Part shown: in pieces, positions 34,997-48,000 of the stretch
Position numbering within the stretch: the first letter of the stretch is position 1
Layout of the letters: the number at the start of each line of letters is the position of its first letter
Assembly (NCBI GenBank): GCA_905178155.1
Contig: CAJINV010000006.1
Location: forward strand, 2,954,658 to 3,018,657
Direction of reading: 5' to 3'
DNA length: 64,000 nt
Source of the DNA: Amoebophrya sp. A120
Lineage: Eukaryota > Protista > Dinoflagellata
Program-made: the position numbers and the translations under genes
The notes under the pieces: model-generated
Told to the model about the DNA's origin: nothing
Seen by the model: the letters and a program-made list of their open reading frames with translations, nothing else
Databases searched by the model: none

Positions 34997-36789
34997 TTGA
35001 AGTGGATGGCGAACGAAAATAACTGAAGCGGAAAACTCAGCTACACTGTATCAAGTGCAAATGTGTCTCGGTCTGGAAACTTCTGATGCGGGTTGGTCAA
35101 TCATGAGCACTCGGCGATGGATTGGCAGCCCAGCATGATAAGATTCTGACTTGCTAGAAGGTGATGGTCATTCTGCACGGCAAACAGTGTTGCTGCATGA
35201 CAGAAAAATGCGGCCTTGGGGTACTGTGCATGACAGATTTGCATTTGCGAATGCTGCTAGCCGAGCATGAGAGCTCTTGCATCTTTCCAGACCCAGACTC
35301 AGACATATTAATTTGAACTCGATACACTACTTATCTAAACGAAACTCAACGAATAACGGAGACCGAACTCAAGCCGAAAAAGAAGTTCGGATATGCATTG
35401 CACATTGATTTGTCTGGGTCTGGATTTGTAATGCAAGACTTCAAGGACAAGGACAACAAGATCAAGATCTGTGATGCATGACTGCGATTGGTCATTTTTT
35501 TTTTGTCGTGCTGGAAGCGAGATTGTAATTCGAAACGCGAATGGACCCACAATAAGCTGAGGATAACTTGTCATGCTGCTATACCGTACAAGCGCAAGCA
35601 GCCAGTCTGCAATGCAAGTACAAGTAACACGAGTTTCCAGACCCACACAAGTTTGCATCTGATATCGAACAGCTTTCAACCACTTGACAAACGAACGGAA
35701 CAACTCTGCAAGCAGAAGGAGACGCGACGGACAAAACTATACAGCGACCTGAACAACAAAAAGCGGCGTGAAGCTTGCGCCCTTCTCGACGAATCCTCAC
35801 ACAGAAGCGCAGGACCTGGGCCCAGCGACAGGAGTTTTACCGTATTCTTCTTGCGCTTCTTTTTTGATGCTCTTATTCGAGAAAGAGAAAACTTAACACT
35901 GAGAGCCGAAAAGTTTGGTTCTGAGTTTGCGTTTAGTTGTGCGTAGAGCTCGCCTTCCTTCATTACATTTGTTTGAAATAAGTTGTCATTGGTTATGGTT
36001 TATTGTGGAGGTTGTGTGTCATGTGTGGTTTCGGGTTTTCCTCATATCGCTCGCGACTGTCGGAATCATTATGCCTGACCCTAGAGAAAGAATGATATTT
36101 ATTTTTGAACGGAATTCATCCAGGACCCACTGACGACCAAAAGACAGAGCAAGAGCATCGAACTACGCCCCGGCCAGGTTTTTGCCAGGTACTTACTCAC
36201 TTTTTGACTTCGCCCGCAAACTTCTTTCATTGCAACTCGAAGAGCAGCGTGCTTCTTCTCCCTCTTGCTCTTCTGACGCCAAAGAGAACGAATGAAATCC
36301 GTGTCCTAGGTGACGAGAGATACGGGAGAATAGTTGTGTAATTTATCACATGCTCCTGCATGTTTTTGTTTTTTGAAAGAAAAGCGATTTGAAAACATGA
36401 TTGAAAACTTTGCAGCGCCAGGGGGTCACTACACGTATACGATGGTGGGCACTTTGTTGCAGCTTGCGGCCGTTTACCTCCTGCAGACATGTCGTCTGGG
36501 TCTGGGATGAAGGTCGCAAAATTTGTCATTTTTGTCTCACACGATTCGGAACTCTGTGATGCATTGGCGCGAAAAAGTCGTCTTATCTTTGCCAGCCATA
36601 CTGCAGAAGCGCAGTTTTTTTTTATGTGGAATACAACGCAGGGCATATTAGGAGCGCAAAAATTTGTCACGCTTGGCTGCGTATCGTGGTACACCCGCCA
36701 TCATTCGTTCATAGACTTGCACTTACAACTTCCCTGACCGAGACATTTTTGCAGTTGATGCCAGCGCCTCGTGCGGCTTGGTCGCTGCG

Positions 36790-37627
36790 ATGGAAGTGCA
36801 GAAGAACGACGGTGGGCAAAAAAACCTGCTGAAGCGCGTATGGCGTGCTCAAAGGAGACAATCTCAATTGGAACAAGACAGAGCCGGAATGTCTCATGCA
36901 AAAGATAAAAGACAAAAGTATGAGGCTACTTATGAACATTGGAGTATGGCGCATTTTTTTCCTTTGCTTCTCCGTCAGGAACTTGTCATGCAAAATGTAG
37001 AAGATACCACTGCGATTATTTACGTAGGCAGCTGAGGCGCATGATTTCATGTCGGAAGTTGCTGCTGCCTCAATCTCGTTTGAGATCGTCGCGGCTGAGC
37101 ACGCCATAGCGTGGGCGCGGTGGCGGCGGGACGGGTCAGACTCAGGCTCAGCACATCACTTCTGATGGCCCCGACCAGGAAGGACTGGTTGACGACGACC
37201 ACACTGTCTTCGAACACGCCACGGCTTCTGCTTTGGACGACCCCCCGCTTGATGATGAAGGTTATCCTGAGTAAAATCGCCTCCAAGGACCCAAAGTTCA
37301 TCGTGGCAGCTTTGTTGCACAAGGCCCAGAAGCTCGCTCGAGCTGTTGCGCATAAGTAGCGCAGTCGTAGGTAGGTTGCGCTGTTGCGTCTTGCGTCGGG
37401 TTCTTCATATAAGTAATGACAGAGTCCCAAGAAGCAGCAGGGCAAGTATATTGCCCCACATGATGGGGCTGCCGCTGCGCATATATAAGACGCAGTCTGG
37501 GCATGCCAATCCGGAATGGGGAATATGTTGAGGAGGTGTAAGCGTTTTTGCTCAGGATAAAGTCCCGGCGCTGAACACCACGACGGCCGCGACTTACGGG
37601 TTCCTGCAGAAGCGGGATATTCCATAG
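36790..37627 (+). CDS. Possible small gene or gene fragment with two introners (start uncertain)
   Basis: Removing 36839-37108 and 37263-37559 gives MEVQKNDGGQKNLLKRGRGGGGTGQTQ...PPLDDEGPALNTTTAATYGFLQKRDIP*. The TSDs are imperfect. Confidence 0.35.
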
Positions 37628-37631
37628 AAAA

Positions 37632-37658
<27 letters not shown>
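37632..37658. repeat. (AC)n microsatellite
   Basis: Directly visible AC run. Confidence 0.95.
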
Positions 37659-37666
<8 letters not shown>

Positions 37667-38915
37667 CGTGATCTCGTTTACAGAATGCAGATTATCTGCA
37701 GATGAAATATTTTGTTTTCCTGGGAGGGGGAGCTGAGGCGCCAGAAAGTAAAAAAGAAGATGTGGTGGCACATTTTTGCCATGAAAAAGCCGGCGCTTGA
37801 TCATGTTGAGGCAGCAAGAGGGATAGCAATTCAAAATCCAGACAGTAGTGCCTGCTTGCCGTTCAGAATATTACAGACTGTAAATTGCAACTTCTTCGAG
37901 ATGCCCTACTGTTCTTTCAGGATCTCGGCCAGCATGATCTTCAGGGCCAGCAATTTCATCGGATTGATGTCGGACTTTCCGGTCGCCGTGCTGATGCAGA
38001 TGCTCGCCCAGATGTCAGTCAAGGCGCTGGCCGGATGGTGCGACCAGAACTGCGTCGCCGTCTAGAAGACCAACGATCTGCAGCTGTGTTGGCATCATCT
38101 AGGCCATCGGACCCCAAGCGCTGAGCGCCGGGGCAATGCGATGCCTCCCTAAAAAACCGGCTGCGTTGCTTGCTTGATAAAAATGCAAGCAGGGACAGGT
38201 CGCCCGAGTAGATAGGAAGTCGCGGATCCAGATGCTGATGTACTAGATGCTGACTTTCCGCCAGCTCCCAAGAAAAGTAGTGCTTTGGTTGTACCGCCAA
38301 AAAAAGAACCCGTCAGAGAATCTGGCGCGTGTGTGTTTTTCTATTCGATAAAGAAGGAAACGCCGTTGTCGACCTTGGCCCAAAGCGGCAAAAAATGGGC
38401 CCAAGCAGGAGCCAAAAACTTGGCCCAAGGAGCCGGAAGATGGGTCCAGAAAAACAAGGGGTTGGCTACGGCAATTGGTGCAGCTGCAACCGTTGGCTTT
38501 GCTGGGATTGCAGCCGCGCGGCGGCGGCAGCGGTATTTGCATACTTGTAACGAGACAGGCTCAGCATCACACTCACGCAGTTGGTTCGTACCAGCCACAG
38601 CGATCTTACATATATGGTCCAAGTTCATTGCTTTTTGATTTCGCATCGAAGTCCTTCGCTTTCGTTTCTCCCTGTTTGGTTTGCGGCCTAGAGACGCCTG
38701 ACTGTATTTAGCAATCGCGGCAAATGGTGAAGAAGGCAGAAACGAAGAAGAAGCCCTACCGGCGGCTCACTTGGAAGACGCAAATGAATCGGAGGACTCT
38801 CGCAAGCATTGGCGCTTTGGCTTTTTCCTGTCTGACCTCCGATCGCCTGCCCTTCGTAGAAGTGCTTCCGCTGGCTTCGAGTTAGGAGTCGGCAATCAGC
38901 TGTACTTTGCCAGCC

Positions 38916-40150
38916 CTGTGACAAGAACTGCGGGGCGCCGGAGTGCCAGTTGATGGAGAAAAAAGAAATCGCCGGCATAGTTGCAAAAAGGCGCGCCGGT
39001 CGCAGGAGGGCGGCCGGGCGCTCTTGGGCATGGCAAGAAGCCAGGGCGGGCCGATCAAGAGTAGCATGGGCCAGCGCGACGTTACAGCGCATGCTGCCGG
39101 CAATTGGCCTAGCTGCTTTTCCATCCGCAGCAGAAGCATGACCACCAGCGCGGGAAAAATGCTTAGAATAGAACCCAAATGATGTCCATGTCCACTGGCG
39201 CTCTTTGTTTGTAGTTGTATGGGCCGCGCTGGGGGGTATGTTGAGTCTTTCGCCTTTTCGTCGCCACTTGGGCAATTATGTGTCCTGGATTTCTGCGGCT
39301 TGCGAAACTATGAAGCCCAACTTTGATGGAAATAAATACAGGAAGCGGCGAGCAGCTGCGCGAGCTCGGGAAGCCGGAGCTGCGGGCGCCGAGCGGTATC
39401 TTTGTTTCGCGTTTATCTCGTTCATCTTGTCAACACCTTGCTTCCGCTCTAGATGCGAAGCAACCTCATTGCTTTTGTAAAGCGTTTCTGTTGCCAGTTG
39501 ATGGCCCTTCACGTACCTGCAAGAAGGCCCGGCTTTCGTGGGGAGGTAGCGATAGAGATTTTTGGCAAGAGCAGCCTGGCCCCACGCGCGTCAGCGCATT
39601 CTGGCAACCTGCGGCGGTTGTATCCGCATCAGAAGCATAACTATGGATAGTAGACACTTAGGGAAAAGTGTGAGGCCATATGTCAGCGACGCTTTCGCTT
39701 GGCTTTTTCTACCCTGTTCAATGTCGTGCCTCGCTGGCGGTCCCTGGGAAGAGCCGCCTGCATCTTCCTAGGATTATCTGCCTATGTTGCATGCCCCTAG
39801 GAAAATCCTCCGAAGCACAGTAGGATACGCTCTGCGTCATTCTTTCTCGAAGTTTGGCTCTCACTTCTCCGGGGCCCGGCCCTCTGACAAGAACTGGGGG
39901 GCGGCGGAGACGGAGCGTTAGTGGGGGACAGAAGAAATCGCCGGCGTAGTTTTAGTAGAAAAATAAAAAGGCGCGCCAGAGCCAGTCGCAGGAGGCCGCG
40001 CGCCCTTGGGCATGCATGGGCAGAAGCCAGGGCGGGGCAATCAAGAGCAAGATGCGTGGGCCAGTGCGCAACAGCGCGCGCCACTGCTGGCAATCACCCT
40101 AGCCATTTTTCTATCCGCGGCAGAAGCATGACCCCCAGCGCGAAGGGATA
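38916..40150. repeat. Degenerate ~250-bp direct repeats
   Basis: 38916-39160 and 39882-40150 share TGACAAGAACTG..AGAAATCGCCGGC..GAAGCCAGGGCGGG..CAGAAGCATGACC. A weaker copy lies near 39490-39650. Confidence 0.7.
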
Positions 40151-40870
40151 TGAAGTGTAAACGATGCGTATCCCCGCTGGTGTTCTTTGTCTGTTGTATT
40201 AATTTGTTGGGCCTGGAAGCAATATTGGGCGGCAGTGTGTGGAGTGGTCCGGGCAGCCTGTGCACCTTATCGCCGCGCGAGGATGCTGCGTTCAGATCCT
40301 GTTCTTTTTCTGTCTTAGTTTTGCTGCGGGCGCGGGCGGCGCGCATGCAGAGCCAGCCAGCGGCGCAGGGATAATACGCACAGGGGAATAGAAGTAAAGT
40401 GGATAAATAGCCGCCATCGGCGGGGCAGCTAGGGTGAAGAGGAAGTGATGGAAAGTCAGTGGGCACGCTCTGTTGTCTGCGAAGCTTAGTCCCAGTCTAA
40501 ATCCATAGCCCCAAGCCCTACTGCCTGTTCTTTTTATACTTTTGGTTGCTCACCAAGCTAGCCACAGTCTGCGGCGTGTCTTAGCGTGCCCCGGAGCGTA
40601 ATTTTTTAGCGAATCCTGCACACCCAGCAAAACTGCCGAAAGACATAGATAGGCGCCAGGGAGGATGGTTTCCGTAAAATCCGCTTCCGGGGTGCCGCCG
40701 GGCTGCAGAAGTTCCCTTCATTCCAGGGGCCGCGCGGTGTTTCGCTTTAGAGGCCAGACCCGCAGCCGGCCTCCAGGCTTTTCGACAGCCACGGCGGATC
40801 CGAAAGAAAATAGGAGCTAGCAAGTGCAAAAAGTGTTACTTCTAGAGGCTGCGCCCTTTTTCGGTTCAGA

Positions 40871-41443
40871 TTGGAGCCTAGCTCGCGCCACGATGCGGCA
40901 CCCCATAAAGAAAAACGTAGAGGCCGCCACTTCGGCCTCCTGCCAACCATTGCCATGCATCAGCTTGCCACACTCCGTAGTGCCCCGCACTCTCTCACCC
41001 GCCCGCCTCCCATTTGCTATCCGCAGTGCAACATGAGAATGCAAACCATATCCCCGATGCGATACAGGGGCGGCACGCTGGGTGGTGCTACTCCGGATCC
41101 TGCCTACGTGGAAGAGCGCTCGACGAAGCTCCAGCGCGCCGAGAACCTCGCGAACTCGCTCATGACCACGGGCGAAGGGCCCCAGGAAGTGCTCGATCAT
41201 GCCGTGCGCGAAGGGCGCCAGGAAGCAGGCGCCGAGCTCGAAAAGCGGTTGCAAAATGTACGGGAAGCGGAATCGCCTAAGCAGTTCTTCGACCGTTTGA
41301 GCGAGTTCTGTTCTGCGGCGGCCAAGCTCGCAGGGATGATTCCTGCGAGCGCTTGGGGAAACAGGCAGTGGGAAGCGACCACGAAAACGGAGATCGGGAG
41401 CCTCCGCCTCGATGCGCTCAGCGCATCGATGCGCTTCGGCTGA
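40871..41443 (+). CDS. Hypothetical helical protein ORF in an introner-poor GC-rich block
   Basis: 190-codon ORF whose 3' two-thirds is protein-like (ERSTKLQRAENLANSLMTTGEGPQEVLDHAVREGRQEAGAELEKRLQ). No motif recognised. Confidence 0.3.
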   Translation: MEPSSRHDAAPHKEKRRGRHFGLLPTIAMHQLATLRSAPHSLTRPPPICYPQCNMRMQTISPMRYRGGTLGGATPDPAYVEERSTKLQRAENLANSLMTTGEGPQEVLDHAVREGRQEAGAELEKRLQNVREAESPKQFFDRLSEFCSAAAKLAGMIPASAWGNRQWEATTKTEIGSLRLDALSASMRFG

Positions 41444-42296
41444 AACGCAAGAAGGAAGTTAAAGCGTAGGCGGTGAGTCGCGGAGGGTATTTGTCGTCCT
41501 TTTTCGGAAAGCAATGCACAGCGCTGCTGCTGGTCCTCCTCCTCGCGCTGCTTCGGGCCGTCGAACGAACAGTCATTGAGGGCGATTAGCGTGTGGGCGT
41601 GTGCGGTGTGAGACAAATACTCATGATCGTCAGCTTGTTTATCAGCTCCAGTTCCAAGCTTTTCTGATTCTGATGAATTCGCATTCAACGAACGTAGCTA
41701 AAATCAATCTGAGCGGCGACGAGGAAGACCATGTTCTGTTGAGCGACAGTCGGAGTGGACTCGTCGCTCACAGCCACCTATGACAGCCTCAGGTTGGAAA
41801 TCCTCAAAGTGGAAATAATTTGTAATGCAAAAAAACGACTCCAGTTGAAGCGCCATTTGTAGTCGGCGCATGACAAATTTCCTGGGCCCTTAAAGCATAT
41901 CTGTCATGCAGGGTAAGGCAAAGGGGTGCCCTTCTCGCGTGCTAAGCAGCACTCCAATCCTTCACCCCTAGCAGGACAATAGTCGGTCTCCATTGTGTCC
42001 TCCGCAATACAGTCTTTTTTGCCTTGCATTTCATGCATCACAAATCATTTCCACTTTGAGGATTTCCATTCTGAGGCTTTCATACCGCCAACAAGAATCG
42101 TCGTTAATTATGATCGTCTGGCACAGACAAACGCTGTAGTATTTTCATCTCTTTTGCAACTTAAGTATATTTATATTATTTTAATTTCTTCTCCGAGAGT
42201 TGTGTGAGGGCGGACCAAGCACGCATGCACAGCGGAGCAGCAGCAAGGCTGCATGGCTGCACCTTTATAACAAACCTCGCTCCTCCAGTTAGAGTT

Positions 42297-42994
42297 TCAG
42301 TTCGCGCCTGCTATTGTATTTGATGGCGGGTCTTGCTGTATTTCTAACGGGGGGTAGCTGGTCCTGGTTTTGAAAGGGGTTCGCCCTAGAGGTTCGTAGG
42401 GGTCATGGTCATCGTTCTTCACGTATCAACTGTAAAAATGTCTGGGTCTGGAAGATTGCCGGCTTTGTCATGCACATTTTGCATGACTCCTCAAGTCTGT
42501 GATGCATGCCCTAGCATCACAGATTTTTAGAGGGCTTCCTGATGCCTATTCCGCATGACAAATGCTCTTTCCGTACTGCAAAATTTGGACTCTCTTTGCT
42601 GCTCATGCACTACAGATTTTTTTCGAATCCAAAATCAGCATGACAAGTTGGATTCTTCCAGACCCAGACATTTTTACCGTTGATATCACGGTCGCCAAGA
42701 ATCGCTATGACAGTACACAAGCCCCCCTCCCCCTCAATTGTATAGCATGAGCGGCGGTTGTAGTACAAGCATCAGCAAGGGTGCCGGTTTTGGTAGACAA
42801 ATTTTGACTGGTGTGTAGTGCTATTTCAGGTGCCAGAACTTTTCGTGCAAACAGTGCCAAGAGGCAAAGGGTGGACTCGGTATTTTGCATGACAAATGAG
42901 GGGGAGGAGGGGTTGTGCACTTTCATAATCGCTGTCGTGCATGATCGGCGCTCCCTGATGTTATGTTGGTGCATTTGATCTCCTCAGACTTCAT
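42297..42994 (-). CDS. Possible ~68-aa ORF across two introners
   Basis: After removing 42706-42927 and 42424-42685 the minus strand reads MKSEEIKCTNITSGSADHARQRFLATVKNDDHDPYE...AGAN*. It is short and could be chance. Confidence 0.2.
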
Positions 42995-45027
42995 TTTTGA
43001 TATCGCTTTGCAGTTTGCATTACTCAATACTAGTACTTATTTTAACGTTTGAAAGTGCCGAATGTATATGTACCTACGCAGTTTCGCATGATCGAGTTTT
43101 TTTTTCAGAAGAACGCATAAGATAAAGTAGTTTCATTTTCTATAAACGATTGAGGTCGTCGCGTCGAAGTTGTAGTGCGTGGTAATTTAGTCATGAGAGT
43201 TTCTCTATCAACAAATGTAAAAGTGTCTGGGTCTGGAAGATTGCAACTTGTCATGCTAAATGTGAAGCATGCAAAAATCTGTGTTGCATGATGACCAAAA
43301 GTCGTCCAATTTTGACCAAGTCGGGAGGGGGTTTCTCATGCAGGATAGGCATGAGAGAGATCGCACAGAATCTGTCATGGTAGGTCCTGCATTCTAGACC
43401 TCGTGGGTCATGGAAAAGCAGTATGACAGGTCGCGTATTCTTCCAGACCCAGACACCTTTGCACCTGATATTCTCAGCAGAGAGATGATCCGACTGAGTC
43501 GTCGGTTGTGCTGCCACGCTTGTGTGAAGTGAAGTCATGATCTATATCGCGACGCTGGTACCATTATGAGAGTTGATCCACACTATGAACAAACTTGCGC
43601 CAACAGCTCTCCACCGTTTACAACACAGAGGGAGTAAAAAATCAAACATAACTCACATACACATACGCTTTAGTACATTATATACATACTTCCAAAAATT
43701 CAGTAAGTTTACTGGAGTTTGTTTCTTGGTTTTTTTTTTATTTTCTACGGGTGTGCTGGCACGCTCGTGTGAAATAATAATCAAAAACCCGGAATCTGTT
43801 GACTTTTGTTGTGTTGAGTGAACCTTTTATTTTGGCGAGAAGAAGATGAAAGAATTTCTCGTGCTGAAATGCGAAACCAACACGAACAATTTCAATCTAT
43901 GTCAGCAGTCTTTTTTGGGAGTATCAGCCAAAGGGTCGAGAGCGAGACCTGAACAAAGTGGAGCTTTCTTTTGCGCTTCGCGTGTTCTTTGTGGTTCGGT
44001 CTACGTCGGTCAATGCTTGCGCGTGACTTCTATTGCCCATCATCGTCGGCTTCTATCGACCGTCGCCCTGTCGCGCTTCTTTTCCCGCACGATCGATGTC
44101 TGCGCACAACTACACGGCTTGCGACTATACAACAGGATGTGCAGGAAACTTTTTCTGAAACGAGCAAGGAAACGTGGAGCAATTATATGGAAGCATATCA
44201 TTCTGAAGAGATACTAAGATGAATCAGTGGCCTCCTCCGGCTAGAAGTTTACCACCCCCCAACAAACACACTTCGTCGGTCGCTGGTAGTCTCGAGGCCG
44301 CGCATGTCGGTTCCTAATCTAAGACGGACTTTAGGAGGCAACTCTGCCAGAAGCTGCAGAGCATCTTCTCGGTTCTTCAATCTAGTGACGATTTTGCCAC
44401 ATAACTTCTCTCGGTAGCAAAACTTTAACTTCCCTCGTTATCGGTAGTTTGCAAAGCGACAGACAGACAGATAAAAAAAGTCGGTGTTTCCTCGTGCGGG
44501 CGATAATGCCCACACGGACACGACCAGACTCAGTTTCGGTTTCGTTCTCGACCTGTATCGTGCGAGCCAAAACTTCGTACATGTGTTTCGTCCAATTTGG
44601 AAGGTTGTGCAACTACAGCCTGTCGTGGTCGTCCAACTCAGCCTGTCGCGCAAGCGACTGAAGATTCACGTTCCACCACCTTCAGACTTATTAAAGGCGC
44701 GTTGTGAAGAACTTCGATTTTTATTTTGATATTCATACACATAGTAGTGTCCTGTCCAAGAGTTGGCTTTTCACCCTTGTTTTCAACAGACACTCCACCA
44801 CCCAATCTTCCACCCGTTGTGTTTGCACCCTTATATATACTTTTAGCATGAATTATTTAATTCCCTCCGAACCGAAAGCAAGCACATGAGCTGTTCCTCG
44901 CGTTCGATATTTCTTACGTCGACGTCACAGCACGACCAGTGACATTGCTTTGAAATATACAACGCCTTCTTCAATCAGTTTCAGTTTCTATTCTACGTCG
45001 AAGAACTAGTTCACAGAACGCCAGACA

Positions 45028-48000
45028 ATGTACGACCGCATTTCGCAAATGGACCTGGAGCAGCAGCAGTCTCCACCCCCGTCTAAAACCGTTGCGGGTA
45101 AACCTGCCCTGTTCGGCTCCGCGCAGCAACAGCAGCAGTTACCAATGGGAAACATCCCTGGACGTCTGGAAGGTTGGAACTTGTGATGCTAACTTTGGAG
45201 TCTAAAAAAATCTGTGTTGCATGACGAACAGCAAAAGGAGTGCACTTTGTGGTACGCGGGGACGAGGGCATTTGTCATGCGGGATAGGCAACATCAGGGA
45301 GCCTTCTAAAAATCTGTGATGCTTCTACGTCATGCATTACAGGCGGCATGGGTCAGGGAAAATCTGCATTACAAGTCTTGCACCCTTCCAGACCCAGACA
45401 TATTTGCAGTTCATAGCAGTACTACAACAATTACAACGAACGGGGGACGAGGACCATGTCAAGCCTAGGGGCCGATTATCAAATGTAAAAATGTCTGGGT
45501 CTGGAAGCTTGTGATGCTGGACGGCGTCTCATGTTGAGGCCACAAGTGCTGGCTCAGCATGACAAGTTTCTGAGCTTCTAGGTGTTGCCTATTCTGCATG
45601 ACAAACTGCGTTTCTGCATCGCAGAAAAGTGGGGCTCTTGGGTAACGTGCATGACAGATTTAAGAGTCATGCCAGACAAGCATGACAAACCTGCATTCTT
45701 CCACCAGACCCAGACATTTTTGCAATCCATACCGATATGGAGAATGTGACGAATCTGCAAACGCCACTACAGGATTTTTCCAAACACCAGTATCCAGGAA
45801 AAAAACTGTGCGAGTGTAAGTTTCTTGGAGGAATAGCATGACACAGATTCATCTCTGTCATGCGCAGCTAGTACGTGAAACTGAAAGCACGTACGAAAGT
45901 TGCTTCTGATGCATGTGCAGCATGACAAGTGTAACAGTTTTGTATTTTCTGCAACACAAAGTTACACTAACGCAGTTTTTTTCTTGGATAACCAGCAGCC
46001 CTCGTCCACCTCGTCGCCCTACAACTACCAGCCGGCGAGCCGGTCTCCGGAGCAAATTTTACAAGAAAAGCTCCGATTAGGCTACCACGACCGCCACGCG
46101 CCGGTGAGCGGCGTGAAGAAAAATTTAGATAAGCACGCCGAGCACTACAAGGGCACCGATTTAACCGTCAGTCACTTGGACGTGTATCAAGTGCAAAAAT
46201 TTCTGGGTCTGGAAGAATGCAAGTTTGTCATGCTTGTCTGGCATGACTGTCAAATCTGTGATGCATGAGCAGGAAAAGGGCGTCTTGGCTGTGGTCATGC
46301 AAAAACGCAGCTCGTCATGCGAAAAACGAAACACGCACCAGCACAAAAAACGCGTCATGCTGGGTCCGCCCACCATTCACAAATGAGCATCACAAGTTTC
46401 GTCCAGACCCAGGCATATTTGCAATCCATAACGTGAAAAAGAAGTCAAAGGGGCGAAGCTCGCTGGGAATGGACATGGGGAGTAAACTCTACACCTCCAT
46501 ATGCATTGCAAAAGTATCTTCGTACTCGCATAAATGCATCACAAATTTCCTCGGCATGAGAAATATATTTTGTAATGCGGATTTAGCCTAAGAAAAAGAT
46601 TTGTAATGCATGATTGCAATACGAGTAGCAGATACTTTTGCACAGGATACTCCAATTGGAATCACGATTGGGACGACAAAACGATTGCGCGGAACAAGGC
46701 CATGATGGGACTGGAAAACCAGCAAAGTAGCATATCCTGTGTAATATTAACGTCCCCACCTCCCCATTGTCAAGATGGGAATTCTGCAACACAGATCCAG
46801 AAGTTTTGGGAGTCACGCATGACAAGTTTTTATCTGTACGGTAATCGCGGGATAGCAAGGACAACCGCATCACAAAGCCATCCTGGTATCCTGTTTACAG
46901 CATCAGAAATTGCATAAATGCGATTGATGGAAATGCGTCTCATGGGGACGCGCATTACAAGTTTTCCTGTGATTGTAATTCTGCATGACAACTCTGGGGC
47001 GGGGACGTTTTTACACAGGATATAGCAATCTGGCGCTAGACCCCAACAGCAAGTTTGACGACTACGCGACCTTCCGCACCGGCCCGGGCTTCATGTCCCT
47101 GGCGGTCTATGAATTGCAAAAGTATCGTATTCGTAGTATTGCAATACAAATTAGCTCAGCATGACAAATGGAATTTCTCATGCTGAGTCAGCTTGAAACA
47201 GAAATTTGTCTTGCATGACTGCGATGAGTACGAGTACGATACTTTTGCACAGGATACGGTCCCCGCCTCGGCAAATGGCCTCCGACGGCAGTTCGACGGG
47301 CACAAAAACGAGTCCACGATGCAAGACCTGCTGCACGACGGCTATGCAAGAGAAAAACTGCGTAAGTGCAAATTTGTGTTGCAGAACATGCAACAGAGTC
47401 ATTACACCTGTCATGCCAGACAGCCACGAAGCCCTCTTTTCATGTGTGTTTTGCCTTACAAGCCACGCATGACAGCAGGTTTTCTCTGTCATGTAGAGCA
47501 AATTTGTGATGCGGTTCCTCAAAGACAGTTACACTTACACACTTTTTTTTTTTGGATAACGGCCACCACGCCCACATTGATTTTGGCACCGGTAACACGA
47601 TGGAAGAAGAGGAGCAACGGCAGCAGATGGTATCAAATGCAAAAGTGTCTGGGTCTGGAAGGATGCAGATTTTTGTCATGCTGTTTTTCCATGACCCGGA
47701 AGGTCTGGCAAGCAAGGTCTAGCATTACAGGTTTTGAGAAGCTGCGTCGATGCCTAATCCGCATGACAAATCGCATATTTTCTCGGTAATACAATGGGGC
47801 AACTGTTGCTGTCTATGCATGAGTAGAGATTTTTGTGTGTTGTGAGATGCGCATCACAAGTCCCGTCTTTTCAGACTCAGACACTTTTACACTTGATAGA
47901 TGGCGGGCTACGTCAATTTCGGCCTGCAGGCGACCAAGGGCTACCGATCCAGCTCTCCCAGCTCCAAGCAGGACCAAATGCGCAGCAAGTACGCAGGTTC

